Of a stretch of 64,000 nt of DNA, positions 53,291 to 62,906 are shown piece by piece. The notes under the pieces are model-generated. The model saw only the letters and a list, made by a program, of their open reading frames with translations, had not been told where the DNA came from and made no database searches. Origin of the DNA: Clostridia bacterium (GTDB lineage Bacteria; Bacillota; Clostridia; Oscillospirales; CAG-272); contig JAFYMF010000010.1 of the NCBI GenBank assembly GCA_017556745.1, positions 92,893 through 156,892 of the forward strand, in the 5' to 3' direction. A program made the translations under genes and the position numbers. Every line of letters starts with the position of its first letter. Position 1 is the stretch's first letter.

Positions 53291-54454
53291 TTAATTTTGT
53301 GACGGGGGATCAAATGTTATTACTGCGGTATATTTCTTACCTGCCGAATCGCGGAGACGGACAGAAAGATAATTCTCTATTTCTCTGCGTTTTTTATACA
53401 GAGAATCTGGGAGATGAACATCAAATATAAGCTTTGTTCGTTTATTACCTGGGGCCATTCTGAAATCGTGCAGATCAAGGCTCGGATCATAGCTTATAAG
53501 TATATCCTTGATAGTAGATTTCATAGATGCGAGCTCTTTATTGTCTGTAACTATTGGATCATAGTGTATAACAAGATTTGTGTTAAGGACCTCATGACAT
53601 TCACGTTCGATGGAGTCGATTATTTCATGACAGAACATTGGATCATTGTCGTGATCCATTTCTACATGAATACTTGCAAAGCAGTTACCCGGGCCGTAAT
53701 CGTGTACCAGAAGATCGTGATAACCGAGTACTTTATCGTATTTACATACTATTTGGGTGATAGAATCTCTGAGTTCCGGAGTACCGGCCAGACCGATAAG
53801 AGGGTTAATTGTGTCTTTAATAAGCATAACACCGCTGTATATAATGAAAAGCGAAACCGCGAGACCGAAATAGCCGTCAACAGGAACGCTGAATACACCC
53901 TCAGCGATTGCCGCGGCGAGAACAGCCGTTGTTGTTATAACGTCGTTAAAGCTATCTTTTGCAGTAGCATTAAGAGCCTGTGAATCTATCTGCTTTCCGA
54001 TATGATTATTATATATTGCCATAAATAGCTTAACAGCTATTGAAAGCACAAGTACAATTATTGTCAGAACAGAGAACTTAACCGGTGTTGGATCAAGAAC
54101 CTCGCTAAATGAACTTTTAATGAGTTCAAAGCCGATAAAGAGTATCATTGCGGCAACGACCATGCCGGAAATATATTCAGATCGTCCGTGACCGAAGGGA
54201 TGTTCTTTGTCGGCCGGCTTTTGTGACATTTTAAATCCAAATAGAGTAACAACAGAACTTGATGCATCGGACAAATTATTGACTGCATCTGCAGTTATTG
54301 ATATGGCCCCGAATAATAGACCTACAGTTAATTTTAGAAAGAACAGTATAACATTACATATAATGCCGATAACTGATGAAAATGCACCTTTTTTTGCCCT
54401 CTCAGACGGTGTTACTGTTATGCTCGACACGGGAACGTCTTTTTTTCTTGACAT
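53291..54454 (-). CDS. Cation diffusion facilitator family transporter
   Basis: 387 aa with 6 TM segments and the HGHxR-type pattern FGHGRSEY, plus a C-terminal cytoplasmic domain. Confidence 0.85.
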   Translation of the reverse strand: MSRKKDVPVSSITVTPSERAKKGAFSSVIGIICNVILFFLKLTVGLLFGAISITADAVNNLSDASSSVVTLFGFKMSQKPADKEHPFGHGRSEYISGMVVAAMILFIGFELIKSSFSEVLDPTPVKFSVLTIIVLVLSIAVKLFMAIYNNHIGKQIDSQALNATAKDSFNDVITTTAVLAAAIAEGVFSVPVDGYFGLAVSLFIIYSGVMLIKDTINPLIGLAGTPELRDSITQIVCKYDKVLGYHDLLVHDYGPGNCFASIHVEMDHDNDPMFCHEIIDSIERECHEVLNTNLVIHYDPIVTDNKELASMKSTIKDILISYDPSLDLHDFRMAPGNKRTKLIFDVHLPDSLYKKRREIENYLSVRLRDSAGKKYTAVITFDPPSQN

Positions 54455-54506
54455 AATTCCTCCACATAAAGTTGTAAAGTGATTATAATATTTTCTGCAT
54501 TAATTG

Positions 54507-55208
54507 TCAATTATGGTTACCGTTTTTCTGCTTTTTCTCCATTTTTAGCCAACTTATAAATCCGTATAGATCATTAAAAAGAAAAACAATAAAACAGATA
54601 ATAACAGATAGATATGATATATCCTCAAGTGCCGCAAAAATCCACAGTATAATAAGTACAATATCATTCGTAGCATATGCCAGAGCAAAAAAGGGACTTC
54701 GTCTGAATGTAAGATATGCCGCAAAAAAACTTGTTGTTACAGAAAATGTGCTTGTGATAAGGTTTGCGGTACCGAGCTCTTTTAATATAAAAGCAAATAT
54801 TAAGGTTACGATGAGTGTGAGAAAAACTGAGAAAACAGTTTCCTTTAAGGATATATTATTTACTCTTACCTCTGAAACTCTTCCGTTATATGGATTCCTT
54901 AACCATGAGATAAGGGAAAATACCGCCATGGGAAGGGTCATGCAAAGATATGTTATCATCTCACCGTAATAGGAAAACGAATATGAGATTATACCGTACA
55001 GTATACTAAAAATTATCATGAGTATCTGTCCGATAGGATTTCCTTTTGCACAAAATATCAGTGATGTCGCACCGATAATAGATGCACACAGTGAAAGAAT
55101 ATCAGATGTTTTGAAAACAAAGTGAGAAATAAGTATGAGAAGCAGCGATCCTGTCCATAAAGAAATCTCAAAAAGAGAAAAGTATCTTAGTAATGCGATT
55201 TTTTTCAT
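54507..55208 (-). CDS. pnuC: Nicotinamide riboside transporter PnuC family
   Basis: 233 aa with 7-8 TM segments. The pattern KGNPIGQ ... W(L/I)RN ... NDxxLxxLW is typical of PnuC. Confidence 0.75.
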   Translation of the reverse strand: MKKIALLRYFSLFEISLWTGSLLLILISHFVFKTSDILSLCASIIGATSLIFCAKGNPIGQILMIIFSILYGIISYSFSYYGEMITYLCMTLPMAVFSLISWLRNPYNGRVSEVRVNNISLKETVFSVFLTLIVTLIFAFILKELGTANLITSTFSVTTSFFAAYLTFRRSPFFALAYATNDIVLIILWIFAALEDISYLSVIICFIVFLFNDLYGFISWLKMEKKQKNGNHN

Positions 55209-55342
55209 TATGACCTCATTATAAAAAAATATGCATTCGTGACACGTCTTCTAAGACCTAACGACGCATCAACGAATGCAAACGCACTCACTACCCGGTG
55301 GCAGCATATGTATATTATATCATAGCAGAAAAAAATAGTCAA
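55209..55342 (-). promoter_or_regulatory. Promoter plus ~95-nt leader with intrinsic terminator upstream of pnuC (candidate riboswitch/attenuator)
   Basis: On the minus strand: TTGACT (55342-55337), 17 bp, TGaTATAAT (55319-55314). The leader ends in the hairpin UGCAUUCGU...ACGAAUGCA (55280-55232) plus U7, immediately before the RBS. Confidence 0.45.
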
Positions 55343-55370
55343 GGCAAATGAATATTCATTTGCCTTGACT
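55337..55370 (-). terminator. Rho-independent terminator after the pseudouridine synthase gene
   Basis: AGTCAAGGCAAATGAATATTCATTTGCCTTGACT palindrome, followed by a T-run on the minus strand. Confidence 0.7.
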
Positions 55371-55380
55371 CGGTTTTCGC

Positions 55381-55983
55381 TTATCTACAATACCATTCGG
55401 GAAGAGCTTCAAATGACAGTTCTTTATTTTTTAACGTAAAAGATATTCTTGAAGAAAAAAGTCGTGGATCTTTTTGATCATCTTTGGAACCGTATTTATG
55501 ATCGCCTACAAGAGGAAAACCGCGACTTGAGAATTGAACTCTTATCTGATGACTTCTGCCTGTATGAAGTCTGATCTTGACAATCGATTTTTCTCCGCTT
55601 TCGAGCCGGGTGAATTCAAGTCTCGCTTCTTTAACACCTTTTCGCGGTCGGTTTACAACAAAAACTTTATTCTTGGATGAATCCTTAAAAAGAAGATCTG
55701 TCCAGTCTCCTGCGTCCGGTGGGGTACCGTGTATCTCAGCGATATATTCCTTGACCATCTGTCCATCCTGAATAATCTTGGACAAAACGGCTGCTGCGGA
55801 CTTGTTACGTGCAAATACAATTACACCGCCTACATTTTTATCAATACGGTGAACTGTGAAAAACTCTCCGCCCAGTTCTGATTCAAGAATCGCGGGCAGA
55901 TCTTTTTCGGAATCAACACCGACCGGCTTTATAACCGCAGCAATATCCTTATCATGGTATAAAATATTCATATTAATCTTCAA
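55381..55983 (-). CDS. RluA family pseudouridine synthase (short form)
   Basis: HRIDKNVGGVIVFA (catalytic Asp) and LHTGRSHQIRVQ motifs. Confidence 0.85.
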   Translation of the reverse strand: MKINMNILYHDKDIAAVIKPVGVDSEKDLPAILESELGGEFFTVHRIDKNVGGVIVFARNKSAAAVLSKIIQDGQMVKEYIAEIHGTPPDAGDWTDLLFKDSSKNKVFVVNRPRKGVKEARLEFTRLESGEKSIVKIRLHTGRSHQIRVQFSSRGFPLVGDHKYGSKDDQKDPRLFSSRISFTLKNKELSFEALPEWYCR

Positions 55984-57046
55984 TCATAATCTTTCTGATT
56001 GTGTTTATTTGCTCCTCCGTTATTCCACAGGAAATAAGATAATTGTAGATTCTATCGTGAAAGTTATCTCCGTAGGGCTTAAGCTGATTAAGAACGGCAT
56101 CGAACGTCCATTCATGACGAGTTCTGTTACCGTCAGGGAAGGAGATGGTTGATTGCTCATATTCTTCTGTCAAATCCTTTTCTGTCATTCTAAGAAGTCC
56201 GCAAATAACCAGAATAAGAGAACCTGTTCTGTCCGCGCCCACAGCGCAGTGTATGTACATCGGATAGTTTTCTCTGTCGGTGAGGAACTCAATGAATTTT
56301 TTCGTGTTTGATTTCCATCCGATGAATTCGCCGTATGATTCTGACGGAATGTTTACATATTTTACATCATCACCTATAGGGCTTTGTTTTTTAGTTACTT
56401 CTCCGGAACTCCTGAGATCAAGATCAAATCTTATTCCGAGATCCTCACGAAGCGCTCTTCTTCCTTCATCGGTTATGACCCTGCCTTCTGCATAACCGTC
56501 AAGCTCAGCACCGCGGTAGATCATACCTTGCTTTATTTTTTTACCGTCTAAATTTGTATATCCGCCGATATCACGAACATTCCATGTTCCTTCGACCATA
56601 AGCCATCTGGGGGTACTCATTTCTACGGTAAAAGAGCGTATTTCGCTATCGTTTACCTTCCAGTAATAGGTTTTTCCCAGCAAAAGATTATAAATATCAC
56701 ATTGATTTGTACAACCTATTCTACGGATTATATGATCGAATTCTATGGTATCGGAGAGTGAAAAAATATTATTTTCCTCATCGGATTCCCAAGAAAAATG
56801 AACAGGTGCAGGGAAACTGCAAACACCGAATTCATTACTTTTACGTGTACACCAGTAAGGAATTTGAGCATTTGCTTCAATGTCGCTCTCAAATTCAAGC
56901 TGTATCGGTGTTTTAAGAGAAATTATAGAATTGTTCTCAGGTGAAATGAGCTGTATCATTTTATTACACTCCAAAACAAGATTTTTAATATATTTACTAT
57001 CTATCGGAGTGTAACACATTTTTGTAAAAGTGTCAATACTTGCCAT
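55973..57046 (-). CDS. Tyrosine-protein phosphatase family protein with an N-terminal accessory domain
   Basis: HCAVGADRTGS is a CX5R(S/T) active-site loop. NVRDIGG is typical of the Y_phosphatase3-type family. Confidence 0.7.
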   Translation of the reverse strand: MASIDTFTKMCYTPIDSKYIKNLVLECNKMIQLISPENNSIISLKTPIQLEFESDIEANAQIPYWCTRKSNEFGVCSFPAPVHFSWESDEENNIFSLSDTIEFDHIIRRIGCTNQCDIYNLLLGKTYYWKVNDSEIRSFTVEMSTPRWLMVEGTWNVRDIGGYTNLDGKKIKQGMIYRGAELDGYAEGRVITDEGRRALREDLGIRFDLDLRSSGEVTKKQSPIGDDVKYVNIPSESYGEFIGWKSNTKKFIEFLTDRENYPMYIHCAVGADRTGSLILVICGLLRMTEKDLTEEYEQSTISFPDGNRTRHEWTFDAVLNQLKPYGDNFHDRIYNYLISCGITEEQINTIRKIMIED

Positions 57047-57194
57047 TTATTTACACCAAAACTATAAATGACACAAAATTTGACATTAACTTCTAAAAAG
57101 GGTATAATATTACAGATTATAAAAAGCACATGACTACTAATAAAGAATGATGTATTCTTTCAAATATAAAATTGCGGTAATTTTGGGAGTTATA

Positions 57195-59078
57195 ATGAAT
57201 ATATTCAAAAAGATTAAAACTGCTGTTTTACCAAAGATAAAAAAATATATTTCTTTATCTTTGGTTTATTCTTTTCTTGTTTTCATATCTTTTTTTATAG
57301 TTTCCTGGTTTTCGGTCTTTTCTCTTGAAACACAGGATAATTATCATTTTGTTTCATTGATATTTACATTGCTTTGGAGCTGTGTTTTCACGGCAATAAT
57401 ACTTGTTCTGCCAAAAAAGATGGGACAAATCGTCTATGGCGTGGTATATATGTTCCTGTTAACCTATGGTATATGCGAACATGTTTACCATAACATTTTT
57501 GATAAGATGTTTTCTTTTACAGTAATCGCCAATATCAAAGAGGGGGCAGGTTACGTTAAAGATATTTTATCATTTATAGGAATTTGGCAGATAACAGTAT
57601 ATTTGCTCCTTGTAATATTTGGAATTATTGTAATCAGGTTGATAGGAAAAATCTCCTCTATACCATTTATGCTTCGTATTTCTGCTGTTCCGGTCACTGT
57701 TTTACTAATTGTTATATCTCAGTATTTTGTACCTCCATTACTGGGCGAATATACCGAAAAAACCACTTGGAATTCATTTGAAGATTCAAGATATGTATAT
57801 GAAAAATATACCGATCCACATAAATGTGTTGGTATGGTAGGATATTATCAGTATCTTTGGATGGATTTTCATAATTGCTTTATTCGTCCCTATACAATTG
57901 ATACCGCGGAACAAAAAAAACAGGTCGATGTGTTTTTTTCGGAATACCGCAAGGATCATGTCGAGAACGAATTTACCAGTTTGTTAAAAGGGAAGAGTGC
58001 AATTGTTGTAATGCTTGAGAGCATTGACTGGCTTGCTGTTTCTCCGGAAAATACTCCTACAATCAGCATGATGATGGATAATGGTATCTCTTTTACAAAT
58101 TATTATGCATCTGTATTTGGTGACGGAGCTACTTTTTCTAATGAGTTTGTTTTAAACACGGGTATATATTCTCCATCAAACGGAACAGCTGCTTATTCAT
58201 TTAAAGACAATGCTTTCCCCAATAGCTTGCCGAATCTGTTTAGGGCTGCCGGATACAGTGTAGAATCATTCCATCATAACTACGGTTGGTTTTATAACAG
58301 ATCGCTTATGCATATGGGATTTGGTTATGAGCGATATAATTCGTATTATGATTATGGCGGAAGTTGGGAGGAGGTAATCGTCGATACATATCTTACAAGA
58401 ACAGAACCTCTTGTATCAGATGTTTTTGGCTCCGGCACACAACCGTTTCTTAGTTTTGTGATTACGTATTCTGCTCATCTCGGCTACACATATGATGCTG
58501 AACTTGCTGAATATGCATTTGACACTTATGTAGGAGAAAACGGAACAGGAGCTGATAGCGAAGATATTGATGTTCTGCGCGCCAAAGCACGTATCACTGA
58601 TGCTATGCTGAAAGATCTTGTACAAAAAGCTGACAAGGATACCGTAATAATATGTGTTACTGATCACTATGCATACGGATTGACCGAAGAGACACTTAAC
58701 GAAACTCACGATACAGAATGGGCGCTCAGACAAAGAGTACCGTTCTTTATTTACTGCAACGACCCAAGTATTCCGTCAATGAAGGTCGATAAGATATGCT
58801 CAAATGCTGATTTCCTTCCTACTATTGCTAATCTCTTCGGACTTGATCTTTCTTACGACGTAATAGGTAATGATATATTTGACCCGGAATATGAGGGGTA
58901 TGCCGTTTTCTCAAATTATTCATTTTTGACTAATGATGTGTATTGGCACGACGAGGTTGTACGGGTGTATAACGAGGATTACTCGGAAAGTGACGTACAC
59001 GACATGATCAGATACGTATACAATCTTATTCCCACAAATGATAATATTCTGGAGTGTAATTATTACAAGAAGAAATGA
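57195..59078 (+). CDS. LTA synthase / sulfatase family membrane protein
   Basis: 5 N-terminal TM segments plus an extracytoplasmic alkaline-phosphatase-superfamily domain (VVMLESID, TNYYA, SAHLGY, TDH). The ATG at 57195 follows a GGGAG RBS. Confidence 0.75.
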   Translation: MNIFKKIKTAVLPKIKKYISLSLVYSFLVFISFFIVSWFSVFSLETQDNYHFVSLIFTLLWSCVFTAIILVLPKKMGQIVYGVVYMFLLTYGICEHVYHNIFDKMFSFTVIANIKEGAGYVKDILSFIGIWQITVYLLLVIFGIIVIRLIGKISSIPFMLRISAVPVTVLLIVISQYFVPPLLGEYTEKTTWNSFEDSRYVYEKYTDPHKCVGMVGYYQYLWMDFHNCFIRPYTIDTAEQKKQVDVFFSEYRKDHVENEFTSLLKGKSAIVVMLESIDWLAVSPENTPTISMMMDNGISFTNYYASVFGDGATFSNEFVLNTGIYSPSNGTAAYSFKDNAFPNSLPNLFRAAGYSVESFHHNYGWFYNRSLMHMGFGYERYNSYYDYGGSWEEVIVDTYLTRTEPLVSDVFGSGTQPFLSFVITYSAHLGYTYDAELAEYAFDTYVGENGTGADSEDIDVLRAKARITDAMLKDLVQKADKDTVIICVTDHYAYGLTEETLNETHDTEWALRQRVPFFIYCNDPSIPSMKVDKICSNADFLPTIANLFGLDLSYDVIGNDIFDPEYEGYAVFSNYSFLTNDVYWHDEVVRVYNEDYSESDVHDMIRYVYNLIPTNDNILECNYYKKK

Positions 59079-59182
59079 TAACCCCCTAACCCCACAAAAC
59101 AACCTTGGTTTATTTGTTCATAAATATATGATAAAATATAATAAAGGGTGTGTTTACCTAAAATTTATGAAAGAGGTTTTTT

Positions 59183-61366
59183 ATGGACATTAACAAAAGG
59201 ATTATTGCGCTTTTATTTGCTTGCTTTTTCTGCTTTTCGTCTCTTGTTGCTTGTTCCGGTGATTCCACCGTTTCAACAGATACAACTGTAGATAACGGTG
59301 AAAATACAGATATTTCCGAACCCGACGGTAACTATATTTACGTTGATGCTGCCGCCAATGAAGACGGTGACGGTAGCAAAACGGCACCTTTCAAAACAAT
59401 TTCCGAAGCTCAGAATAAGATCCGTGAGATGAAGAACGGTGACGGACTTCCCGAAGGCGGAATTACCGTTCTTCTTGCATCAGGTGAATATGATGCAAGA
59501 AGCGGTATCATATTTACCGAAGAGGACTCCGGTACAGAATCCTCACCTATAACATACGCTGCTGCAGACGGTGACGGTGTGTTTTTACTTGGTGGTATTA
59601 AGCTTTCCGCTGACGATTTTGTCCCGCTTAGTGACGAAGAGAAGAATATGCTGAATGATGATACTGCAAAGGGAGCAGTACTTAAGGTTGATCTTTCAAA
59701 GTACGGTATTACCTCAGAAGATATTGGAAAAAGATATTCAAACGGTTCTGTTTCATCTGCTTACAAAGGAATGGGTACCGCAGAGCTTTTTATTAATAGC
59801 GAGAGAATGACTGTTTCTCGTTATCCTAACGTAGAAAGCTTACGTACAGGTTATAGCGACGGAGAAACAGTTTTTGATATATTCAGTGCGTTTGAGTTTG
59901 AGGCAAATGCTTTGGCGCTCAAGGAACGTGCTCCTAAATGGAATCTCAGCGAGCTTTTCGCATGCGGTTATTTCTATTACGGTTGGTCAAATTCGTCTCT
60001 CCCTGTATCCGATTTTGATATTGAACAGTTAAGAGTAACTCTTGCACATAATATAAGTTATGGTATCAAAGCAATGAAGCCTTTCTATTTCTTCAATATT
60101 TTTGCGGAAACAGACATGCCCGGTGAGTATTATATCGATCGTAACAATCTGATACTCTATGTTTATCCAACTGAAGATTTTTCTAATAGTTCTATAGTTA
60201 TTTCTACAACTCAAAATAATATTATTTCAGCCGGCAATCTTTCCTACGTTACTTTTAAAGGTATCGATTTAGCTGCTACCAGAGCAAACGGTTTTGCGAT
60301 CAGCGGTCACCATATCACAATCGATAATTGTAAAATATATGATATCTGCGTTAACGGTATTAATGCTGTAGGTAGCGATATCACTATCCAAAACTGTGAG
60401 ATATTTAATATAGGCGAAGATGCAATCGACCTTCGCGGCGGTGATGCTGATACTGTAGAAGAGTCAAACGATCTTATATATAACAACTATATACACCACT
60501 GGGGTCAGAACAGAAAAACCAGTAAATATGCTGTTAAGATAGAGGGATGTGCTATCACTGTATCACATAATGAAATGCACGATACACCTCATCAGGCAGT
60601 TATTTGGAACGGTCCTAACCATGTAATAGAATACAATGAGGTTTATAATGTTTGCCTTGAAACTGATGACTGTGGTGCGCTCTACGCAGGACGCTGTCTC
60701 GATGCATACGGAAGTACCGTCAGATACAATTTCATTCACGATATAGGAAGCGGCACAGCAAAAGCTCAGGCAATATATTTTGATGACGCGGTTTCGGGAC
60801 AGACTGCATACGGTAATGTTATAGCTAACGTTACAGGATATGGAATTCAGGTTGGCGGAGGACGTGATAATGTTGTTGAAAACAATCTTATCATTAATTC
60901 CGGTGACAATGCAGTTATTTACGATACCCGTGCTCGTGACGGTATGATTGATGGAGAGGGAAGTTGGTTCTATGAGCACACCGTAGAAATGCCCATACGT
61001 CTTGTAGAGCTTCAGGCAAAGCCGGAGTGGATTGAAGCTTTCCCTGATTACAAGAATATCATACCTTATACCGTAGACTATTCCGGTGATATTGATGATC
61101 CTAATCTGTCATGTAATCCTGCAAAGAGTACGGTTAAAAACAATATGCTGTATATTACTCACGACGGTAAGTATTCCGGATTTGCTATATCTGATGAAGT
61201 AGGAAAGATGGGTACTGTTGAATCTAATAACGTAGTTGTTGATACTGCACTTGAACAGATCCCGGGTTATGAAAACGGAGATTATACACTTACTGATAAC
61301 GCAGATGCTTTTGGTTTCGGTTTTGTTAAGCTTCCCTTTGAAGAGATGGGACGAATTATAACCTAA
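59183..61366 (+). CDS. Right-handed parallel beta-helix repeat lipoprotein
   Basis: Lipobox LVAC. Repeated (N/D)xxI.(N/H)N...I..G units (ITIDNCKIYD, ITIQNCEIFN, VSHNEMHD, VVENNLIIN) are typical of the pectate-lyase fold. Confidence 0.7.
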   Translation: MDINKRIIALLFACFFCFSSLVACSGDSTVSTDTTVDNGENTDISEPDGNYIYVDAAANEDGDGSKTAPFKTISEAQNKIREMKNGDGLPEGGITVLLASGEYDARSGIIFTEEDSGTESSPITYAAADGDGVFLLGGIKLSADDFVPLSDEEKNMLNDDTAKGAVLKVDLSKYGITSEDIGKRYSNGSVSSAYKGMGTAELFINSERMTVSRYPNVESLRTGYSDGETVFDIFSAFEFEANALALKERAPKWNLSELFACGYFYYGWSNSSLPVSDFDIEQLRVTLAHNISYGIKAMKPFYFFNIFAETDMPGEYYIDRNNLILYVYPTEDFSNSSIVISTTQNNIISAGNLSYVTFKGIDLAATRANGFAISGHHITIDNCKIYDICVNGINAVGSDITIQNCEIFNIGEDAIDLRGGDADTVEESNDLIYNNYIHHWGQNRKTSKYAVKIEGCAITVSHNEMHDTPHQAVIWNGPNHVIEYNEVYNVCLETDDCGALYAGRCLDAYGSTVRYNFIHDIGSGTAKAQAIYFDDAVSGQTAYGNVIANVTGYGIQVGGGRDNVVENNLIINSGDNAVIYDTRARDGMIDGEGSWFYEHTVEMPIRLVELQAKPEWIEAFPDYKNIIPYTVDYSGDIDDPNLSCNPAKSTVKNNMLYITHDGKYSGFAISDEVGKMGTVESNNVVVDTALEQIPGYENGDYTLTDNADAFGFGFVKLPFEEMGRIIT

Positions 61367-61382
61367 TAAATAGTTTTTGAAA

Positions 61383-61433
61383 AATAATGCCTACCCATAT
61401 TGCTTTGGACAACAGGGTAGGCATTATTTTTGT
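61383..61433. terminator. Bidirectional terminator
   Basis: AATAATGCCTACCC / GGGTAGGCATTATT 14-bp stem plus T-run. Confidence 0.8.
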
Positions 61434-61481
61434 TTGTATATAATTTTATTTTGACAACTTGTAAAATTATTTTTTCGGATT

Positions 61482-62753
61482 TTACTGTAATATATCAATC
61501 AGTCCGTATTCTTTTGTGATTTCATCAAGCGTTTTTTGGTAATTGTCGATCTTATCAAAGTCAATATCAACAGGACGTGAAGAACACCTTACTGTAGGTT
61601 CACTTCCGTCAGATCCGTAAAATGGTGACAAATTATCATTTTCAAACTTCTTTTTGTCATCTTCAAGTCGGAAGTCCGGGATATCCATCGGGATACCGTT
61701 TCCCATTTGACTGCGATGTGCAAGAATTGCAACGGATGCACACGCAGTTGCGGAATATACATCAAAGATAGGTCTTCTGTTTTCTCTGATACTGCCGATA
61801 AACTCTCTGATGGTAATGAAATCTCCTCCGTCATGACCCGCTTGCTCTAAAAATTCCTTATCCTCGTCCTCGATAATCGGTTTATAGAAATTCGTATCCT
61901 CCATACCGTCAGGCTTTTGCCAACGGTTATATCTAAGCATTATTTTTCCGTCGGTTCCCATTACGTTTTCAATCTGTCCCTTTGTTCCGCATACACGGTA
62001 ATGCTCTCCGTCTCCGCCGAACTGTGCCCATCCTGTAAAACGGAATACAGAGTCATCATCATTGAGTGTGGTAATTGCGGCGGCTCTGTCGTGATGAAAA
62101 ATTCCGTTTGTTCCGTCTTTTTTTCCGTATTCGGCATATACGGGCATTGCGGTAACTCTTTTTGGTGTGGCACCTGTAAACAGCATCAGGGGAGCCAGAG
62201 AATGTGTTACGTAGTATGTTGCGGGAATCATGTTACGCCAGTGGTATGCATAAGGCTTATAAAGAACAGATTCCTGCGGCCAGAACGGATGATTATACTC
62301 TCCCTCTGCAAACAGTATTCTTCCGAGTGTGCCACCGTCACATATTCTTTTGATCTCTCGGTTGAACGAGGTGAAGAGATAATTTTCTTCAAGCATATAG
62401 ATTGCATTGCTTTTTTCAGCAGCTCTGACTAATGCCACACCCTCAGCCATTGTTACGTTTGATAAACATTCGCTGAGAACGTGAATATTCTTTTCTAATG
62501 CTTTGATAGCGTATTTGGCATGTTCATGGAAGAAATTACATATAATTACCGCTTCCATTCCTTCATGTTCAATAAAAGAATCAAAATCGGTATAAGTTGC
62601 TACTGTGTCTAGTCCTGAGTTTGCTTTTACATCCTCAAGTCTTTTACTGTTCATATCACACAGGGCAACGACATCTGCTTTATTTAATATAGCGTTCCGC
62701 AGAAGAGAAATTCCTCTGCTAAGACCGAATATACCCAATTTAACAGGTTTCAA
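61482..62753 (-). CDS. Gfo/Idh/MocA family oxidoreductase
   Basis: 423 aa with the N-terminal Rossmann fold KLGIFGLSRG and a family-typical alpha/beta C-terminal domain. Confidence 0.8.
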   Translation of the reverse strand: MKPVKLGIFGLSRGISLLRNAILNKADVVALCDMNSKRLEDVKANSGLDTVATYTDFDSFIEHEGMEAVIICNFFHEHAKYAIKALEKNIHVLSECLSNVTMAEGVALVRAAEKSNAIYMLEENYLFTSFNREIKRICDGGTLGRILFAEGEYNHPFWPQESVLYKPYAYHWRNMIPATYYVTHSLAPLMLFTGATPKRVTAMPVYAEYGKKDGTNGIFHHDRAAAITTLNDDDSVFRFTGWAQFGGDGEHYRVCGTKGQIENVMGTDGKIMLRYNRWQKPDGMEDTNFYKPIIEDEDKEFLEQAGHDGGDFITIREFIGSIRENRRPIFDVYSATACASVAILAHRSQMGNGIPMDIPDFRLEDDKKKFENDNLSPFYGSDGSEPTVRCSSRPVDIDFDKIDNYQKTLDEITKEYGLIDILQ

Positions 62754-62906
62754 AATTTGTAACCTCCAGTTTATAATGTTGTTTTTTAAAATTGTACTGT
62801 AGAAGACCTTTGTTACATTATTGAATGTACAGAGGTTGAATTTTTAAAAATTGATAAATAATCAATGTGTAAGAAGTAACATTGCAATGAAAAGAAACGC
62901 AATGAT

